DNA from: a virus
Taxonomy: Duplodnaviria; Caudoviricetes
DNA: 64,000 nucleotides
Strand: one strand, 5' to 3'
IMG/VR virus record: IMGVR_UViG_3300011008_000041
Span: 8,097 to 72,096 of that record
The notes under the pieces are model-generated. The model was not told the origin of the DNA, made no database searches, and saw only the letters and a program-made list of their open reading frames with translations. Both the position numbers and the translations under genes were made by a program. Numbering within the stretch: position 1 is the first letter of the stretch; each line of letters begins with the position of its first letter. This document shows, in pieces, positions 63,364-64,000 of the stretch.

Positions 63364-64000
63364 TCAGGTTGTTGTGCATATCTCAAATTCCTCCTGAAAC
63401 ATAGTCATCTGCCGCATGGGCGGCTCGTAATTCATCCAGATTGTTTCTGTGGCCATCTGCGTTGATGTGGTCTGTGACATGACGCTATCCTTGCGCCAGC
63501 CTGCCAACGCCGTGTTGTACAGCTCGGACTCGTAGCCAGATATGATGATCTTTGCGTGGCTCTGTGTTATCAGGGATAGCAGCTGCTTTTGTTCGGCAAG
63601 GCTCATTTCGTGGGCGTACAGGGCGCCGCTCTTGCGAACAGAGCGAACGTATGGCGGGTCGAGGTACATGAGCACGTCCGGGTTGTCGTACCTCTCGATC
63701 AGCCGAAAAGCGTCCATGTGTTCAATCTGCACAAGGTGCGTCGTGTCGCCTCGGAGCCGGGCGGCGGCGACATCTATCGTTTCCGTGATGCCGCCCCACT
63801 TGCAGGCGGTCCCGCCGATCTTCATCTGCTTATGGTTCCGCCACCCGCATTTGCTCGTGCCGGCCAGTTTCGCGCCGATGGCTTGCGTGGTCTTCACCAT
63901 GTACCGCCGCGCCTTTTCCAGAGGATCCTCGCACGGTTCAAATGCCCGGTCGTACTCCTCTCGGCTGTAGGGCGTCAGCGCCAGCACCCGTTTCAGATCC
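63364..64000 (-). CDS. dam: DNA adenine methyltransferase (Dam/D12 class), 5' end outside the window
   Basis: LMYLDPPY motif IV, TPYSREEY, ISGY. Confidence 0.88.
   Translation of the reverse strand, partial: DLKRVLALTPYSREEYDRAFEPCEDPLEKARRYMVKTTQAIGAKLAGTSKCGWRNHKQMKIGGTACKWGGITETIDVAAARLRGDTTHLVQIEHMDAFRLIERYDNPDVLMYLDPPYVRSVRKSGALYAHEMSLAEQKQLLSLITQSHAKIIISGYESELYNTALAGWRKDSVMSQTTSTQMATETIWMNYEPPMRQMTMFQEEFEICTTT

Noticed and set aside
22466-63999. A second DGR variable repeat elsewhere in the window
   Set aside because: I saw no other copy of the TR-like sequence by eye; a BLASTn of the TR would be needed to exclude one.
1-64000. tRNA or rRNA genes
   Set aside because: No cloverleaf with T-loop/CCA context recognised by eye; the tRNA-like core at about 13212-13224 is only an att candidate.

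Overview
A 64-kb stretch of a temperate siphovirus, probably of a gut Clostridia/Oscillospiraceae-like host (inference from gene content). It looks like an excised or circularly permuted genome. In order it holds: recombination genes (1-2.4 kb), early accessory genes, a cro/cI switch (9.4-10.1 kb), a large serine integrase with an apparently intact attP (11.7-13.3 kb), a rightward cluster of small accessory genes (13.5-17.8 kb), lysis genes (18.2-20.1 kb), a diversity-generating retroelement (RT, TR, VR) aimed at a 2141-aa tail adhesin (20.9-28.9 kb), a tail/head/packaging module of HK97 type (28.9-46.8 kb), a ParB/PAPS-reductase/transporter cluster (47.1-51.2 kb) and many early/nin-like genes up to a Dam-like methylase. 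The most striking element is at 6.1-8.4 kb. A RAMP/Cas7-like gene is followed by a 1.1-kb array with strict 5-nt periodicity (GGY-NN on the transcribed strand), cut into about 20 units by a 4-nt GGC-N-GGC delimiter, and then a conserved small gene. Read by hand, the variable dinucleotides of several units spell the first two bases of consecutive codons of conserved phage protein motifs: PolA motif A, the DUF2815 SSB N-terminus, a SNF2 helicase motif V, and the C-terminus of the RAMP gene family itself. This points to an RNA-guided, gapped-code, inter-phage interference system. All coordinates and alignments were done by eye; no database searches were run.
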